Origin: an uncultured Alphaproteobacteria bacterium
Lineage (GTDB): Bacteria; Pseudomonadota; Alphaproteobacteria; Caulobacterales; Caulobacteraceae
Direction: 5' to 3'
DNA: 64,000 nucleotides
NCBI GenBank assembly: GCA_903892305.1
Contig: CAITHQ010000066.1
Span: forward strand, 688-64,687
Part shown: piece after piece, positions 46,000 through 55,738 of the stretch
How positions within the stretch are numbered: position 1 is the stretch's first letter
Layout of the letters: each line of letters begins with the position of its first letter
Notes under the pieces: model-generated
Databases searched by the model: none
What the model was told of the DNA's origin: nothing
The model's input: the letters and a program-made list of their open reading frames with translations, nothing else
Made by a program: the position numbers and the translations under genes

Positions 46000-46821
46000 A
46001 TGGCGCGCGGCTCTGATCTTTCGCCAGCCATGGCGGGTTCAGTTCTTCTGCACGTGTCCGTGGCTGCAGCCCTGATCTTTCTCAAACCCTGGGCCCGGGA
46101 CATCCCCCCGGGAGCGGCGACACCCGTCACCCTGGTGACCACCGCCGATGTCCCCGATATTCGACCAGCAGACGCGGCACCGGTTGAGGAAACAGCCCAG
46201 ACTGAGGTGCCTGACCCCGCGGCGGCGTTCCAACCCCCTGCTGCAGCCCCTGCGCCAGACCCTCGTCCCACGCCACCCCCCATGCCAGTTCAAAAGGCGG
46301 TGCCACTTCAGACTGCGCCGAAGCTCGCCGCGGCCAAGCCACCCACACCCGTGAAACCGAGCCCACAGCCACCAACCAAGGCCCCGGTCAAATCCCTCAA
46401 CCTGGATGCCCTCGCAGCCACGGTCGCCAGGGTTGGCAAGACCTCGTCGGCCCCCAAGGGTCCATCGCGCCCGGAGACCGCACTCCAGGCGAGAGAGGCT
46501 GTCGGGGCCGCCAAGGGTCTTTCGGCCAGCGCCCTGGCGGGCCTGACCGATGAACTGCAAAGACGTTGGAATCCCAATTGCGAAGTCGAGGGTGGCAAGG
46601 ATGTCCGGATCCGCGTTACCTTCACCCTGGGCTTCGCCGGTCAGATCCTGGGACGGGTCGATGCCGGGGGCCAGGAAAATTCAGCGAATCCTGTCATTCA
46701 GACAGCGGCAGAGCGGGCCATTCGCGCCGTTCACCAAGCTGCCCCATTTTCGACTCTTCCTCGGGATTTGTTTGGGCAGAAGGTGGCGGTCAACTTCAAT
46801 GCCCGCGAAGCCTGTTCGTAA
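46000..46821 (+). CDS. tolA: TolA-like cell envelope integrity protein
   Basis: N-terminal TM helix, Pro/Ala-rich linker, C-terminal TolA/TonB-like domain. Positioned between tolR and tolB. Confidence 0.85.
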   Translation: MARGSDLSPAMAGSVLLHVSVAAALIFLKPWARDIPPGAATPVTLVTTADVPDIRPADAAPVEETAQTEVPDPAAAFQPPAAAPAPDPRPTPPPMPVQKAVPLQTAPKLAAAKPPTPVKPSPQPPTKAPVKSLNLDALAATVARVGKTSSAPKGPSRPETALQAREAVGAAKGLSASALAGLTDELQRRWNPNCEVEGGKDVRIRVTFTLGFAGQILGRVDAGGQENSANPVIQTAAERAIRAVHQAAPFSTLPRDLFGQKVAVNFNAREACS

Positions 46822-46837
46822 CTCTGGAGACCTGGCG

Positions 46838-48130
46838 ATGCGACTGACACGTCTGATCTTGGCCCTCTGCCTCGCCCTTGGCGGTATGGCGCTGACCACG
46901 ACCGCCCGGGCCGAGATCGAGGTCGACGTCAATAAGGGCGATGTTAAGCCCCTGCCCATCGCCATCCCGGCCTTTGGCGGAGACAGAGGTGTTGAAATTT
47001 CGCAGGTCATTTCCAGCAATCTTGAGCGCTCAGGTCTCTTCGCCCCCCTCGACCCCAAAAGCTTTACAGAGCAAAATCTGGAAGTCGCTGTTCAGCCGCA
47101 GTTTCCCCTTTGGAAGGCCATCAATGCTCAGGCCCTGGTCAATGGTCAGGTCACGGTGGATGGTGGTCGTCTACGGGTCGATTTCCGACTTTGGGACGTG
47201 TTTTCGCAACAACAGCTCTTAGGCCTGCAATTTACCTCGACACCCGAAAATTGGCGGCGCATCGCCCACAAGATTTCTGACGCTGTCTATGAGCGGCTGA
47301 CCGGTGAAAAGGGCTATTTCGACACCCGCGTGGTGTTCGTGGCCGAGAGCGGCGGGCGGCTCAATCGGACCAAGACCCTGGCCATTATGGATCAGGACGG
47401 TGCCAATCCTAGCTATCTGACCGATGGCAAGGCCATCATCATGTCGCCCAGGTTCTCGTCCAATAACCAGGAAATCACCTTCATGTCCCTGCGGCCTGAA
47501 GGATCATCCATCTATCTCTTCAACCTTGAAACTGCGCGACGGGAAAGCCTGGGTGAATTCCCGGGCATGGTCTTTGCACCACGGTTTTCGCCAGATGGCC
47601 GCAAGGTTGCCTTTGCAGTGGAACGTTCAGGCAATTCGGACATCTATCTGATGGACCTGCAAAGCCGTAAGGCCCAAAGGCTGACCTCTGACCCCGCCAT
47701 TGACACCTCACCGTCCTTTTCCCCGGACGGCGGTCGGTTGGTATTCAACTCCGACCGTGGGGGCGCGCCGCAACTCTATGTCATGAGCAGCGACGGCTCG
47801 GGCGCAGCGCGGATATCCTTCGGGTCTGGGCGCTATACCTCGCCGGTTTGGAGCCCAGCTGGAGACTTCATCGCCTTCACCAAACAGACCGGAAATACCT
47901 TCCACATCGGCGTCATGCGGCCTGATGGCTCCGACGAAAGGCTGTTGACCAACAGCTATCTGGATGACAGCCCAACCTGGGCCCCCAATGGCCGGGTGCT
48001 GATGTTCAGTCGCGAAACCCCAGGCGGTCCCTCCAGGCTTTGGACGGTCGACGTGACTGGACGGATCTTGCGGCCAGCACCCTATCCCGGGTCAGGATCT
48101 GACCCGGCATGGTCGCCCCTACTCAACTAG
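46838..48130 (+). CDS. tolB: Tol-Pal system beta-propeller protein TolB
   Basis: Signal peptide [25 protein letters not shown]. Repeated P.FSPDG / P.WSP propeller blades. Start moved to ATG at 46838 (GGAGA RBS). Confidence 0.95.
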   Translation: MRLTRLILALCLALGGMALTTTARAEIEVDVNKGDVKPLPIAIPAFGGDRGVEISQVISSNLERSGLFAPLDPKSFTEQNLEVAVQPQFPLWKAINAQALVNGQVTVDGGRLRVDFRLWDVFSQQQLLGLQFTSTPENWRRIAHKISDAVYERLTGEKGYFDTRVVFVAESGGRLNRTKTLAIMDQDGANPSYLTDGKAIIMSPRFSSNNQEITFMSLRPEGSSIYLFNLETARRESLGEFPGMVFAPRFSPDGRKVAFAVERSGNSDIYLMDLQSRKAQRLTSDPAIDTSPSFSPDGGRLVFNSDRGGAPQLYVMSSDGSGAARISFGSGRYTSPVWSPAGDFIAFTKQTGNTFHIGVMRPDGSDERLLTNSYLDDSPTWAPNGRVLMFSRETPGGPSRLWTVDVTGRILRPAPYPGSGSDPAWSPLLN

Positions 48131-48238
48131 AACCGGTATTGCTAAAACCATCTCGCAAGGTTCACGATTACGTCTAAACTATCCTGCAATATGGATTGCT
48201 ATCTCGCCCAAGACCTCAAGCTCATGGAGACCCCTGAA

Positions 48239-48790
48239 ATGATCTTCGAAGCCAGAACTGCCCTAAAGCTAACCCTCATCGCCACGGCGACCCTATCCAT
48301 GGCTGCTTGTGGCTCACGGCCCAAGCCACAATTGGTAACCCCGACCCCGCCCCCCGTGCAGCAGGAAGCTCCAGCACCAACGCCGCCAGCCCCTCGTCCG
48401 CCCGTAGACCAAGGGCCAATCGCTGGCTCGGTGCAGGACTTCGTGATCAAGGCCGGTGACCTTGTCTATTTCGACGTCGATCAATTTGATGTCCGCCCCG
48501 ATGCGATCGCCACCCTCAAGGCCCAGGCGGCCTGGCTGAACCGCTACCCCAATGTTCAAATTCGCATTGAAGGCAGTGCCGATGAGCGCGGAACGCGGGA
48601 GTATAATCTGTCTCTCGGCTCCCGCCGGGCCAATTCGGTTAGCGCCTTCCTAGTGTCGCAGGGCGTCGCTCCCAGCCGGATCACCACCGTGTCCTATGGG
48701 AAAGAAAAGCCGATCGATCCGGGTACCGATGAGAGCGCATACCAGCGCAATCGCAATGCCCACACGGCCCTGACCGGCGGCGCGCGATAA
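48239..48790 (+). CDS. pal: peptidoglycan-associated lipoprotein Pal (OmpA family)
   Basis: Lipobox LSMAAC. OmpA-like domain VYFDVDQFDV ... EGSADERGTREYNLSLGSRRA. Start set to ATG at 48239 (GGAGA 8 nt upstream). Confidence 0.93.
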   Translation: MIFEARTALKLTLIATATLSMAACGSRPKPQLVTPTPPPVQQEAPAPTPPAPRPPVDQGPIAGSVQDFVIKAGDLVYFDVDQFDVRPDAIATLKAQAAWLNRYPNVQIRIEGSADERGTREYNLSLGSRRANSVSAFLVSQGVAPSRITTVSYGKEKPIDPGTDESAYQRNRNAHTALTGGAR

Positions 48791-48799
48791 GCCACGACC

Positions 48800-49618
48800 T
48801 TGGCCTTGCTCCGTACGCCCTTGGCCCTTGCCCTCAGCCTTGTCCTGATCACATCAGGACAGGCTGGGGCGCAAACCCCCATCGACCCCTTGGACACCCG
48901 GGATGCAAAGCGCCTGGACAAGATGGAACAGGTGGTTCGTGAACTGCGAGCGATCGTCTTCCAGGGGCGGGATTCCGGAAAGCCTGTGGTGGTGCAGCCC
49001 GCTGAGACGGATTATTCGATCCAGGAATTATCCCGGCGTCTCAGCGACCAGGAACAGACCCTGATCCGGATGACCGGTCAGGTGGAAACGGCGACCCACG
49101 ATCTGGCCCAAGCTCGCAAAGAGCTTGAGGCTCAGCGCGTTGCCAATCGGGCCCTTGCCGATCGCCTTCAGGTTTTGGAACAGGCGGCAGCGGCAGCGGC
49201 TGCAGCGCCCACCCCGGCTGCTGAAGTGGTGCCCCCCTCAGAGGCCTTCAACCAGGCTAGGCAACTGGCGCTAGGCGGCGATTATGCCTCGGCTGAACCT
49301 GCTCTGCAGGACTATATCAGTCGGTATGGGGATGGACCAAAAGGACCTGAAGCTCGCTATTGGCTTGGCAAGGCTCTGGCAGCTCGGGCGGCGAATCCTG
49401 AGGCCGCTACTGCCTTCATCGGGGCCATTCGCGAGTGGCCGCAAGTTTCGTGGGCACCCGACGCTGTCGTTGAACTTTCCCGGGCCCTGGTGCGGATGCG
49501 TAAACCGGCTGACGCCTGCCAGACCTTGGACGAGTTCGCCCGGCGCTATCCCAAGGCGGCGCCAGCCGTTCAGGCCCGCGCCTCGGCGACCCGTGTCCTG
49601 GCGAAATGCCCAGCCTGA
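48800..49618 (+). CDS. cpoB: Tol-Pal system protein CpoB/YbgF
   Basis: Signal peptide, coiled-coil N-domain, C-terminal TPR-like repeats. Positioned after pal. Confidence 0.88.
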   Translation: MALLRTPLALALSLVLITSGQAGAQTPIDPLDTRDAKRLDKMEQVVRELRAIVFQGRDSGKPVVVQPAETDYSIQELSRRLSDQEQTLIRMTGQVETATHDLAQARKELEAQRVANRALADRLQVLEQAAAAAAAAPTPAAEVVPPSEAFNQARQLALGGDYASAEPALQDYISRYGDGPKGPEARYWLGKALAARAANPEAATAFIGAIREWPQVSWAPDAVVELSRALVRMRKPADACQTLDEFARRYPKAAPAVQARASATRVLAKCPA

Positions 49619-50838
49619 TTGACGCCGTCCATCAGAGTCTCGATCGACGTCTTGCAACCCACTGCGACCACCCCATAGCCCTGGCCCTGTCGGGCGGTGG
49701 CGATTCTGTGGCCTTGGCCCACATCGCCAAGGGCTGGGCGCAGACGCATGGGCGTCGCCTATTATGTCTAACGGTCGATCACGGCCTGAACCCGGCCAGC
49801 CTGGCTTGGACCGCAGCTTGCGGCGACCTGGCAGCGCAATTGGGCGCTGACTTCCAGGCTCTAACCTGGACGGGACCCAAACCCGTTACGGGCATACCGG
49901 CTGCTGCACGGGCGGCTCGCCACGCCCTTCTGGCCGACGCTGCGCGATCCGCTGGGGCGTCTGTGATTTTGATGGGACATACCGCCAGCGATCTGAGCGA
50001 ATCGGCCGTCATGCGTCTGGAAGGCTCATCCACACCGGACGCAAGGGAATGGTCACCCTCGCCGATCTGGCCACAGGGACGTGGCCTATTTCTCCTACGC
50101 CCCATGCTGGGGCTTGGTCGCTCTGAGCTACGGGCCTGGCTATCGCAGGAAGGCATTAACTGGATCGATGATCCGGCCAATGATGATCTGCGCTTCGCCC
50201 GAAGTCGCGCCCGACGCTTGCCTCAACCTACCGGACCGGCTGTACAGGCGCTTCCAACACTCATCCCAAGAGATTTGGCCCTGACGGTCGAAGAGGATTT
50301 TGGTCTTCGCATGCCTCGCCAAGCCTTGCTTAGCGTCGAGCCATCTGCTGCAGCTGCCCTGGTAGGGATCGCCTGTGTCTGCGCTGGTGGAGGCGATCGC
50401 CTGCCCGACCGCCAGCGACTGGTCCGTCTGACTGAGGCGCTCCGCAGCCAAAGGCCGGTCACGATGACCCTATCAGGGTCGCAGGTCTTGGCTGATCAGG
50501 ACACCATTCGATGGGTGCGGCCGGCTGGGGACATCCGCAGGTCAAGGTCTGAGGACCTTCACCTTGTCCCAGGCGAGGTGGGGGTTTGGGACGGAAGATA
50601 TGAAGTCAGGGCGCAGACCCGGACTTCCGTCAGCGCCCTTGCAGATCATCGTGCCGACCTTTCAAAGGCGGCCCGCGCTGAGCTAGCTCAAATCCCGGCA
50701 AGGGCGCGGGGTGCCTTACCGTTCTTCGCAGGCGAAACAGAACTTAGCGCACCACCAGGAACCGACGTCGCTTCCTTGGTTCTCCGCCGGTTTCAGGCCG
50801 CTGTCGGTCTGATCCAGCAGGAACCAGCAGCCGATTAA
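49606..50838 (+). CDS. tilS: tRNA(Ile)-lysidine synthetase TilS
   Basis: PP-loop ALSGGGDSVAL, GHTASD, IDDPAND motifs. Confidence 0.9.
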   Translation: MPSLIDAVHQSLDRRLATHCDHPIALALSGGGDSVALAHIAKGWAQTHGRRLLCLTVDHGLNPASLAWTAACGDLAAQLGADFQALTWTGPKPVTGIPAAARAARHALLADAARSAGASVILMGHTASDLSESAVMRLEGSSTPDAREWSPSPIWPQGRGLFLLRPMLGLGRSELRAWLSQEGINWIDDPANDDLRFARSRARRLPQPTGPAVQALPTLIPRDLALTVEEDFGLRMPRQALLSVEPSAAAALVGIACVCAGGGDRLPDRQRLVRLTEALRSQRPVTMTLSGSQVLADQDTIRWVRPAGDIRRSRSEDLHLVPGEVGVWDGRYEVRAQTRTSVSALADHRADLSKAARAELAQIPARARGALPFFAGETELSAPPGTDVASLVLRRFQAAVGLIQQEPAAD

Positions 50839-51716
50839 GCACTCAAGGCGTGATGGATCCCCTCAATGATCGGATCGGCGAATTTGGTCCCCAAGAGATT
50901 GGCATGGCCCGCCCCCTGAATGTCCCTCACATAGCCCTTGCGCGAAGCTCTGGCGGGGGCGGCCTGAAGTGACTTCAAGGCCGCAGACATGGGAACTGCC
51001 CCGGCACTGACCACGGCGACAGGCAGGTCTGGCGGATAGTTACCGATGTCGCGTCCCTGACATGAGGTGGGCCCCCACTGGGAGACTTCCTCAGCCGCCC
51101 ACCGGGCATGCGAAGCCAGACCATAAATGTGGCGCTTTTCCTTTGACGCTTCGCCTTCAAGGCCGATCTTGTCACCCACAACCCAGGCGACCGGACGCAT
51201 AAAGCCCAGACCGGCGTAACGGCCCACCAGATTCAGGGCACCCTGGAACCCGGCAATAGCGCGGGCCGCAGCAGGGTTTTCGATGGTCTCGGGTGTCACA
51301 GCATCGACGAGGACAAGGCCTGCGACTCTGTCCTGATTACGCCCGATAAAGACCCGCAGGAGTAGCCCGGCCATAGAGTGGCCGACCATCAAGAGGGGCC
51401 CCTCAATCCCCAGGTGACGCAAGAGTAACTCCAGGTCGGCGGCAATAGCGTGGCCGTCTCGGGGGGTTGGGCCTGGATCAGAATAGCCAAGGCCAGCGCG
51501 ATCATAGGCAAGGCTCGACAGGCCCTGCACGGCCAAGCGATCCTGGACCACGGCCCAGTCCGCCGCACAGCCAAAAGCACCACATTCAAAAACGATCATG
51601 GGGGCATCAGAGGGACTACCGGCCCGGACCACCCGCAGCCGACGCCCGCCAATATCTACCTGCTCGCCTCGATAGGCCTGAAAAGTCGCCCGACTCGCCA
51701 TGCGCCTCCACCCCAA
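50835..51716 (-). CDS. alpha/beta hydrolase
   Basis: Nucleophile elbow GHSMAG and C-terminal GAGHANL. Start is either TTG at 51716 or ATG at 51701. Confidence 0.8.
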   Translation of the reverse strand: MGWRRMASRATFQAYRGEQVDIGGRRLRVVRAGSPSDAPMIVFECGAFGCAADWAVVQDRLAVQGLSSLAYDRAGLGYSDPGPTPRDGHAIAADLELLLRHLGIEGPLLMVGHSMAGLLLRVFIGRNQDRVAGLVLVDAVTPETIENPAAARAIAGFQGALNLVGRYAGLGFMRPVAWVVGDKIGLEGEASKEKRHIYGLASHARWAAEEVSQWGPTSCQGRDIGNYPPDLPVAVVSAGAVPMSAALKSLQAAPARASRKGYVRDIQGAGHANLLGTKFADPIIEGIHHALSA

Positions 51717-51782
51717 GCTCGTCCCCTGGCTTACAGAGGCCTGTGCAAGGGGTGCAAGGCTTAGAGGAGACCCCTCGCTATT

Positions 51783-52274
51783 TCATTTCCATGTGACAGT
51801 TTCTGGGGCGCCTTCCGCTCCAAACACTATCTGCACTTCGGTAACGGCCTTAGCACCCTTTGGAATTGGGAATTCCGCGCGGCCCGAGGTTGGATGAACT
51901 GAGGCGGAGGCGGCACCGTCAAAGCTAACCCTGACCTCCCTGACCCCCTCTTCCGGGGTCTTCAGGTATGGCGGCAGGTCACCGGCGGTATTGCTGATGA
52001 CGAAAAACCGCTTGGTCTGGCTGAGGCCCGCAAACCAGACGATCTTGAAGGCCCCATTACCAACCCACCAGTTGGGGGTCATGGACACGCTGGCCAAAGG
52101 ACCGCCGGCCTTATCTTTCAGATTGGCGACCTGGGCGGTGAGAACACCGTGGCCTTCCTGGCCCAAGGGCAAGCTTAGGGCTGCTGGGCCAGTCGCGGCC
52201 GGTGCTTCAGGCTTAGAACAGCTGGAAAGCAGAAAACTCAAAGCGAGCACGAGCCCGCCAACGCGATAACGCAT
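51783..52274 (-). CDS. hypothetical lipoprotein
   Basis: Lipobox LLSSC after a signal peptide. No recognised domain. Confidence 0.6.
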   Translation of the reverse strand: MRYRVGGLVLALSFLLSSCSKPEAPAATGPAALSLPLGQEGHGVLTAQVANLKDKAGGPLASVSMTPNWWVGNGAFKIVWFAGLSQTKRFFVISNTAGDLPPYLKTPEEGVREVRVSFDGAASASVHPTSGRAEFPIPKGAKAVTEVQIVFGAEGAPETVTWK

Positions 52275-52337
52275 GGTCGTCCCTCCCGTTTATTGAAGGG
52301 GAGCATGCGCCTGACGTCCGAATCCCGCAAGCGGCGA

Positions 52338-53759
52338 TCAGAGCCCCTTGAGAATGCCTTCGACCATCTTCTTGGCATCACCAAACAGCATCATGGTGTT
52401 ATCCCGGAAGAAGAGTTCGTTCTCGACTCCGGCATAGCCTGAGCTCATCCCGCGCTTAACGAACAGCACGGTACGGGCCTTTTCCACATCGAGGATGGGC
52501 ATGCCGTAAATGGCGCTGGTGGGATCGGTTTTGGCGGCCGGATTGGTGACGTCATTGGCGCCAATAACAAAGGCCACATCCGCAGTCGGGAATTCGGCGT
52601 TGATGTCCTCCAATTCGAAGACCTCGTCATAGGGCACATTGGCTTCGGCCAGCAGGACGTTCATGTGGCCTGGCATACGGCCGGCGACGGGGTGAATAGC
52701 GTATTTCACCTCGACGCCTTCTTCCTTCAGCTTATCGCCCATTTCCCGAAGAGCATGCTGAGCCTGGCTGACCGCCATGCCATAGCCGGGGACGATGATG
52801 ACCTTGCTGGCATTCTTCATGATGAAGGCCGCATCTTCAGCTGAGCCCTGCTTCACCGGCCGGGTCTCGACCTTGCCGCCTGACGAAACCGCAGCGTCAT
52901 CAGCGCCAAAACCGCCCAGTATGACCGAGACAAAGCTCCGGTTCATAGCCTTGCACATAATGTAGCTCAGGATGGCACCCGACGAGCCCACCAGGGCGCC
53001 AGTAATGATCAGGGTGACGTTTTCCAGGGTGAAGCCCAACGCCGCCGCCGCCCAGCCGGAATAGCTGTTGAGCATGGACACCACCACCGGCATGTCGGCG
53101 CCGCCGATGGGGATGATCAAGGTGACGCCGACCAGCAGGCTGAGGGCGAAGATCCCCCAGAAGGCCCAAAGAGCCGAGCCGCCGCTCATCACTAGGACGA
53201 CGATCAGGGCGACAATGGCCAAAGCGATCAGAATGTTCAGCAGGTGACGGGCGGGCAATAGGATGGGCGCGCCGCTCATATTGCCGTTGAGCTTGGCAAA
53301 GGCGATGACCGAACCGGTAAAGGTCACGGCGCCGATGGCCAGACCTAGGCTGAGCTCCACCAGAGAGTTCAGATGCACCTGGCCGGTGACGGTATCTAAG
53401 ATGCCATAGGCCGCCGGAGTGTGGATGGCCGCCACAGCCACCAGACAGGCCGCCATGCCCACGAGACTGTGGAAGGCTGCCACCAGTTGGGGCATGGAGG
53501 TCATCGCCACCCGCCGGGCGATCAAGGCGCCAACGCCGCCGCCAATGGCGACCCCGCCGCCGATCAAGCCCAGGGTTAAGGGATCCAGCTTACCCTGGCT
53601 GAAGAGGGTGATCAGGGTCACGCCGACCGCGATCGCCATGCCGATCATGCCATTGCGATTGCCCGCCTGGCTGGTGGTCGGCGAGGATAGGCCCCGGAGC
53701 GCCAGAATGAACAGGACGCCGGAAACGAGATAAAGGATGGCCGCGAGGTTGGCGTTCAC
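52338..53759 (-). CDS. pntB: NAD(P) transhydrogenase subunit beta
   Basis: N-terminal multi-TM domain and C-terminal NADP(H)-binding dIII (IIVPGYGMAVSQAQH ... YAIHPVAGRMPGHMNVLLAEA). Confidence 0.97.
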   Translation of the reverse strand: MNANLAAILYLVSGVLFILALRGLSSPTTSQAGNRNGMIGMAIAVGVTLITLFSQGKLDPLTLGLIGGGVAIGGGVGALIARRVAMTSMPQLVAAFHSLVGMAACLVAVAAIHTPAAYGILDTVTGQVHLNSLVELSLGLAIGAVTFTGSVIAFAKLNGNMSGAPILLPARHLLNILIALAIVALIVVLVMSGGSALWAFWGIFALSLLVGVTLIIPIGGADMPVVVSMLNSYSGWAAAALGFTLENVTLIITGALVGSSGAILSYIMCKAMNRSFVSVILGGFGADDAAVSSGGKVETRPVKQGSAEDAAFIMKNASKVIIVPGYGMAVSQAQHALREMGDKLKEEGVEVKYAIHPVAGRMPGHMNVLLAEANVPYDEVFELEDINAEFPTADVAFVIGANDVTNPAAKTDPTSAIYGMPILDVEKARTVLFVKRGMSSGYAGVENELFFRDNTMMLFGDAKKMVEGILKGL

Positions 53760-54079
53760 TTCGCTTTCTCCTTTTTCTTGTACATGGCCAGCATGCGCTG
53801 GGTGACCAGGAATCCGCCGAAGATATTGACGGCGGCGAAGGCAGCAGCGATTGCGCCGGCCCCCTTGGAAATCAGGATGGAGCCGGTGAGGGCACCGCTC
53901 GGGCTATGGGCGGCAGCGGCCAGCAGAGCACCGACAATGATCACCGACGAAATGGCGTTGGTCACGGCCATCAGCGGGGTGTGCAAGGCGGGAGTCACGC
54001 TCCACACCACGTAATATCCGACAAAGATCGCCAGGACGAAGATCGCCAGGCGGAAGACTGTGGGGTCGACGGCTTCCAT
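53756..54079 (-). CDS. pntA: NAD(P) transhydrogenase subunit alpha part 2 (membrane dII segment)
   Basis: About 107 aa, three TM helices. 4-nt overlap with pntB. Split-alpha arrangement. Confidence 0.9.
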   Translation of the reverse strand: MEAVDPTVFRLAIFVLAIFVGYYVVWSVTPALHTPLMAVTNAISSVIIVGALLAAAAHSPSGALTGSILISKGAGAIAAAFAAVNIFGGFLVTQRMLAMYKKKEKAK

Positions 54080-54096
54080 GATTTCCTCCGCTGGGA

Positions 54097-55230
54097 TCAG
54101 GCGCTGAGCGCTGGGTGGACGACCTTGCCGCCCTGGGTCACCAGGGCCGCCTTGAGGATTTCGTCCTCAAAGTCAGGGGCGAGCTTGCCTTCCTTGTCGA
54201 GCAGGAGGGTCGAGAAGGCCAGAAGGTTGCGGGCATAAAGGGCCGAAGCATCGGTGGCGATCCGGCCGGGCAGGTTGGGAATGCCCAGAATCTTGACGCC
54301 AGTTTTGGTCACCAGGACCTCGCCGGGCTTAACCCCTTCCACATTGCCACCCTGTTCGACGGCCAGGTCCACCAGCACCGATCCCGCGCGCATGGAGGCC
54401 ACCTGGGCAGCGCTGACCAGTCGCGGCGCAGCCCGGCCCGGGATCAGGGCGGTGGTGATGACAATGTCCTGCTTGGCGATATGGCTGGAGACCAGCTCAG
54501 CCTGCTTGGCCTGATATTCGGGGCTCATCTCCTTGGCGTAGCCGCCAGCGGTCTGGGCGTTCTTGAATTCCTCGTCTTCCACCGCCAGGAACTTGGCCCC
54601 AAGGCTTTCCACCTGCTCCTTGGTGGCAGGACGCACATCTGTGGCAGTGACCACAGCGCCCAAACGGCGGGCGGTGGCTATGGCCTGAAGACCGGCGACG
54701 CCGACCCCCATGACAAACACCTTTGCTGCGGCGATGGTACCCGCCGCCGTCATCATCATCGGCAGGGCGCGACCATAGGCCTCTGCCCCTTCGATCACGG
54801 CCCGATAACCCGCCAGGTTCGCCTGGGAGGATAGGGCGTCCATGACCTGGGCTCGGGTGATGCGGGGGATGAATTCCATGGCAAAGGCGCTGGCGCCCTT
54901 GGCGGCTAAGGCGGCGACAACGGCCTTGTCCTGATGGGGATTGAGCAGGGCCACGACGATGGCACCCGATTTCAGCGCGGCGATCTCGGCATCGTCGGGC
55001 GCGCGGACCTTGAAAAGTATGTCGGCCTTTTCAACCGCAGCCTTGACGGTTTTGGCCAAGCTAGCGCCAGCAGCAGCATAATCAGCGTCAGGATAGGCGG
55101 CCGCCAGCCCAGCACCAGCTTCGACGGTCACCGAAAACCCGGCGGCAATCAGCTTCTTAACCGTCTCAGGCGTGGCCGCCACGCGGGTCTCTTCCGACCG
55201 GCGTTCCTTAGTGACGGCGATCATGGTCAT
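54097..55230 (-). CDS. pntA: NAD(P) transhydrogenase subunit alpha part 1 (dI, NAD(H)-binding)
   Basis: ETRVAATPETVKKL N-terminus and Rossmann VMGVGVAGLQAIATARRLGA. Start set to ATG at 55230 (GGGGA RBS). Confidence 0.95.
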   Translation of the reverse strand: MTMIAVTKERRSEETRVAATPETVKKLIAAGFSVTVEAGAGLAAAYPDADYAAAGASLAKTVKAAVEKADILFKVRAPDDAEIAALKSGAIVVALLNPHQDKAVVAALAAKGASAFAMEFIPRITRAQVMDALSSQANLAGYRAVIEGAEAYGRALPMMMTAAGTIAAAKVFVMGVGVAGLQAIATARRLGAVVTATDVRPATKEQVESLGAKFLAVEDEEFKNAQTAGGYAKEMSPEYQAKQAELVSSHIAKQDIVITTALIPGRAAPRLVSAAQVASMRAGSVLVDLAVEQGGNVEGVKPGEVLVTKTGVKILGIPNLPGRIATDASALYARNLLAFSTLLLDKEGKLAPDFEDEILKAALVTQGGKVVHPALSA

Positions 55231-55264
55231 GCTGAGAATCCCCAAAGCCCTTATCGGGCAACCC

Positions 55265-55315
55265 TAGAGCCTTTTCCCATTAGACGGTATCGTCTCAAGG
55301 GATGAAAAGGCTCTA
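55265..55315. repeat. long intergenic hairpin upstream of pntAA
   Basis: 12-bp outer stem TAGAGCCTTTTC / GAAAAGGCTCTA enclosing the inner hairpin AGACG gtat CGTCT. The left arm contains the CTAGAGC core. Confidence 0.55.
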
Positions 55316-55325
55316 ATTCAACAAG

Positions 55326-55371
55326 CTAGAGCATGTTTCAATCCGATAGCCGGTTCGCTCTATTCGGAACA
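55326..55371. repeat. degenerate second copy of the CTAGAGCATGT ... CCGAT ... TAT(T)CGGAACA element
   Basis: CTAGAGCATGT-ttcaat-CCGAT-N13-TATTCGGAACA here, compared with CTAGAGCATGT-g-CCGAT-N14-TATCGGAACA at 3350-3390. The closing arm is missing here. Confidence 0.5.
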
Positions 55372-55438
55372 AGCGCTCGTGAGGATCGGGAACCTTGGAC
55401 ACGGGCCAAGGCGTCCGATAATGCCGCGTGCACCGGAC

Positions 55439-55669
55439 CTAGTGGTCGGCTTCGGGCTTTTCCTTAAGGACAACCACACCGATCACGGTGACGACGATCC
55501 CAACGGCCGTTGCGCCGAGGAAGCCGGTGGGGGTGCAGAACCAGAGGACTAGCCAGGTCAGCAGGCCAGCAAGGGCCAGAGAGCCCCACTTGGTCAGGCC
55601 GTTGAACATAGCAAACGTCGCCGTCTGTTCCTGGATGTCCATTTCGCCGCGGTGATATTCGGAAGCCAT
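55439..55669 (-). CDS. small membrane protein of the bacterial aa3-type cytochrome oxidase subunit IV-like family
   Basis: HRGEMDIQEQTATFAMFNGLTKWGSLALAGLL pattern followed by a TM helix. Start set to ATG at 55669. Confidence 0.65.
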   Translation of the reverse strand: MASEYHRGEMDIQEQTATFAMFNGLTKWGSLALAGLLTWLVLWFCTPTGFLGATAVGIVVTVIGVVVLKEKPEADH

Positions 55670-55738
55670 GTCGGGATCTCTCGAGGGCAAATCGTTGGGT
55701 CGGGGTTACACGTTCCGCCGCAAGGTCTCAAGTAGGGC

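Noticed and set aside
46150-46420. Pro/Ala-rich stretch in tolA and the Gly-rich stretch at about 17150-17300, considered as DNA tandem repeats or a CRISPR-like array.
   Set aside because: These are low-complexity protein linkers inside intact reading frames. There is no regular repeat-spacer periodicity at the DNA level.
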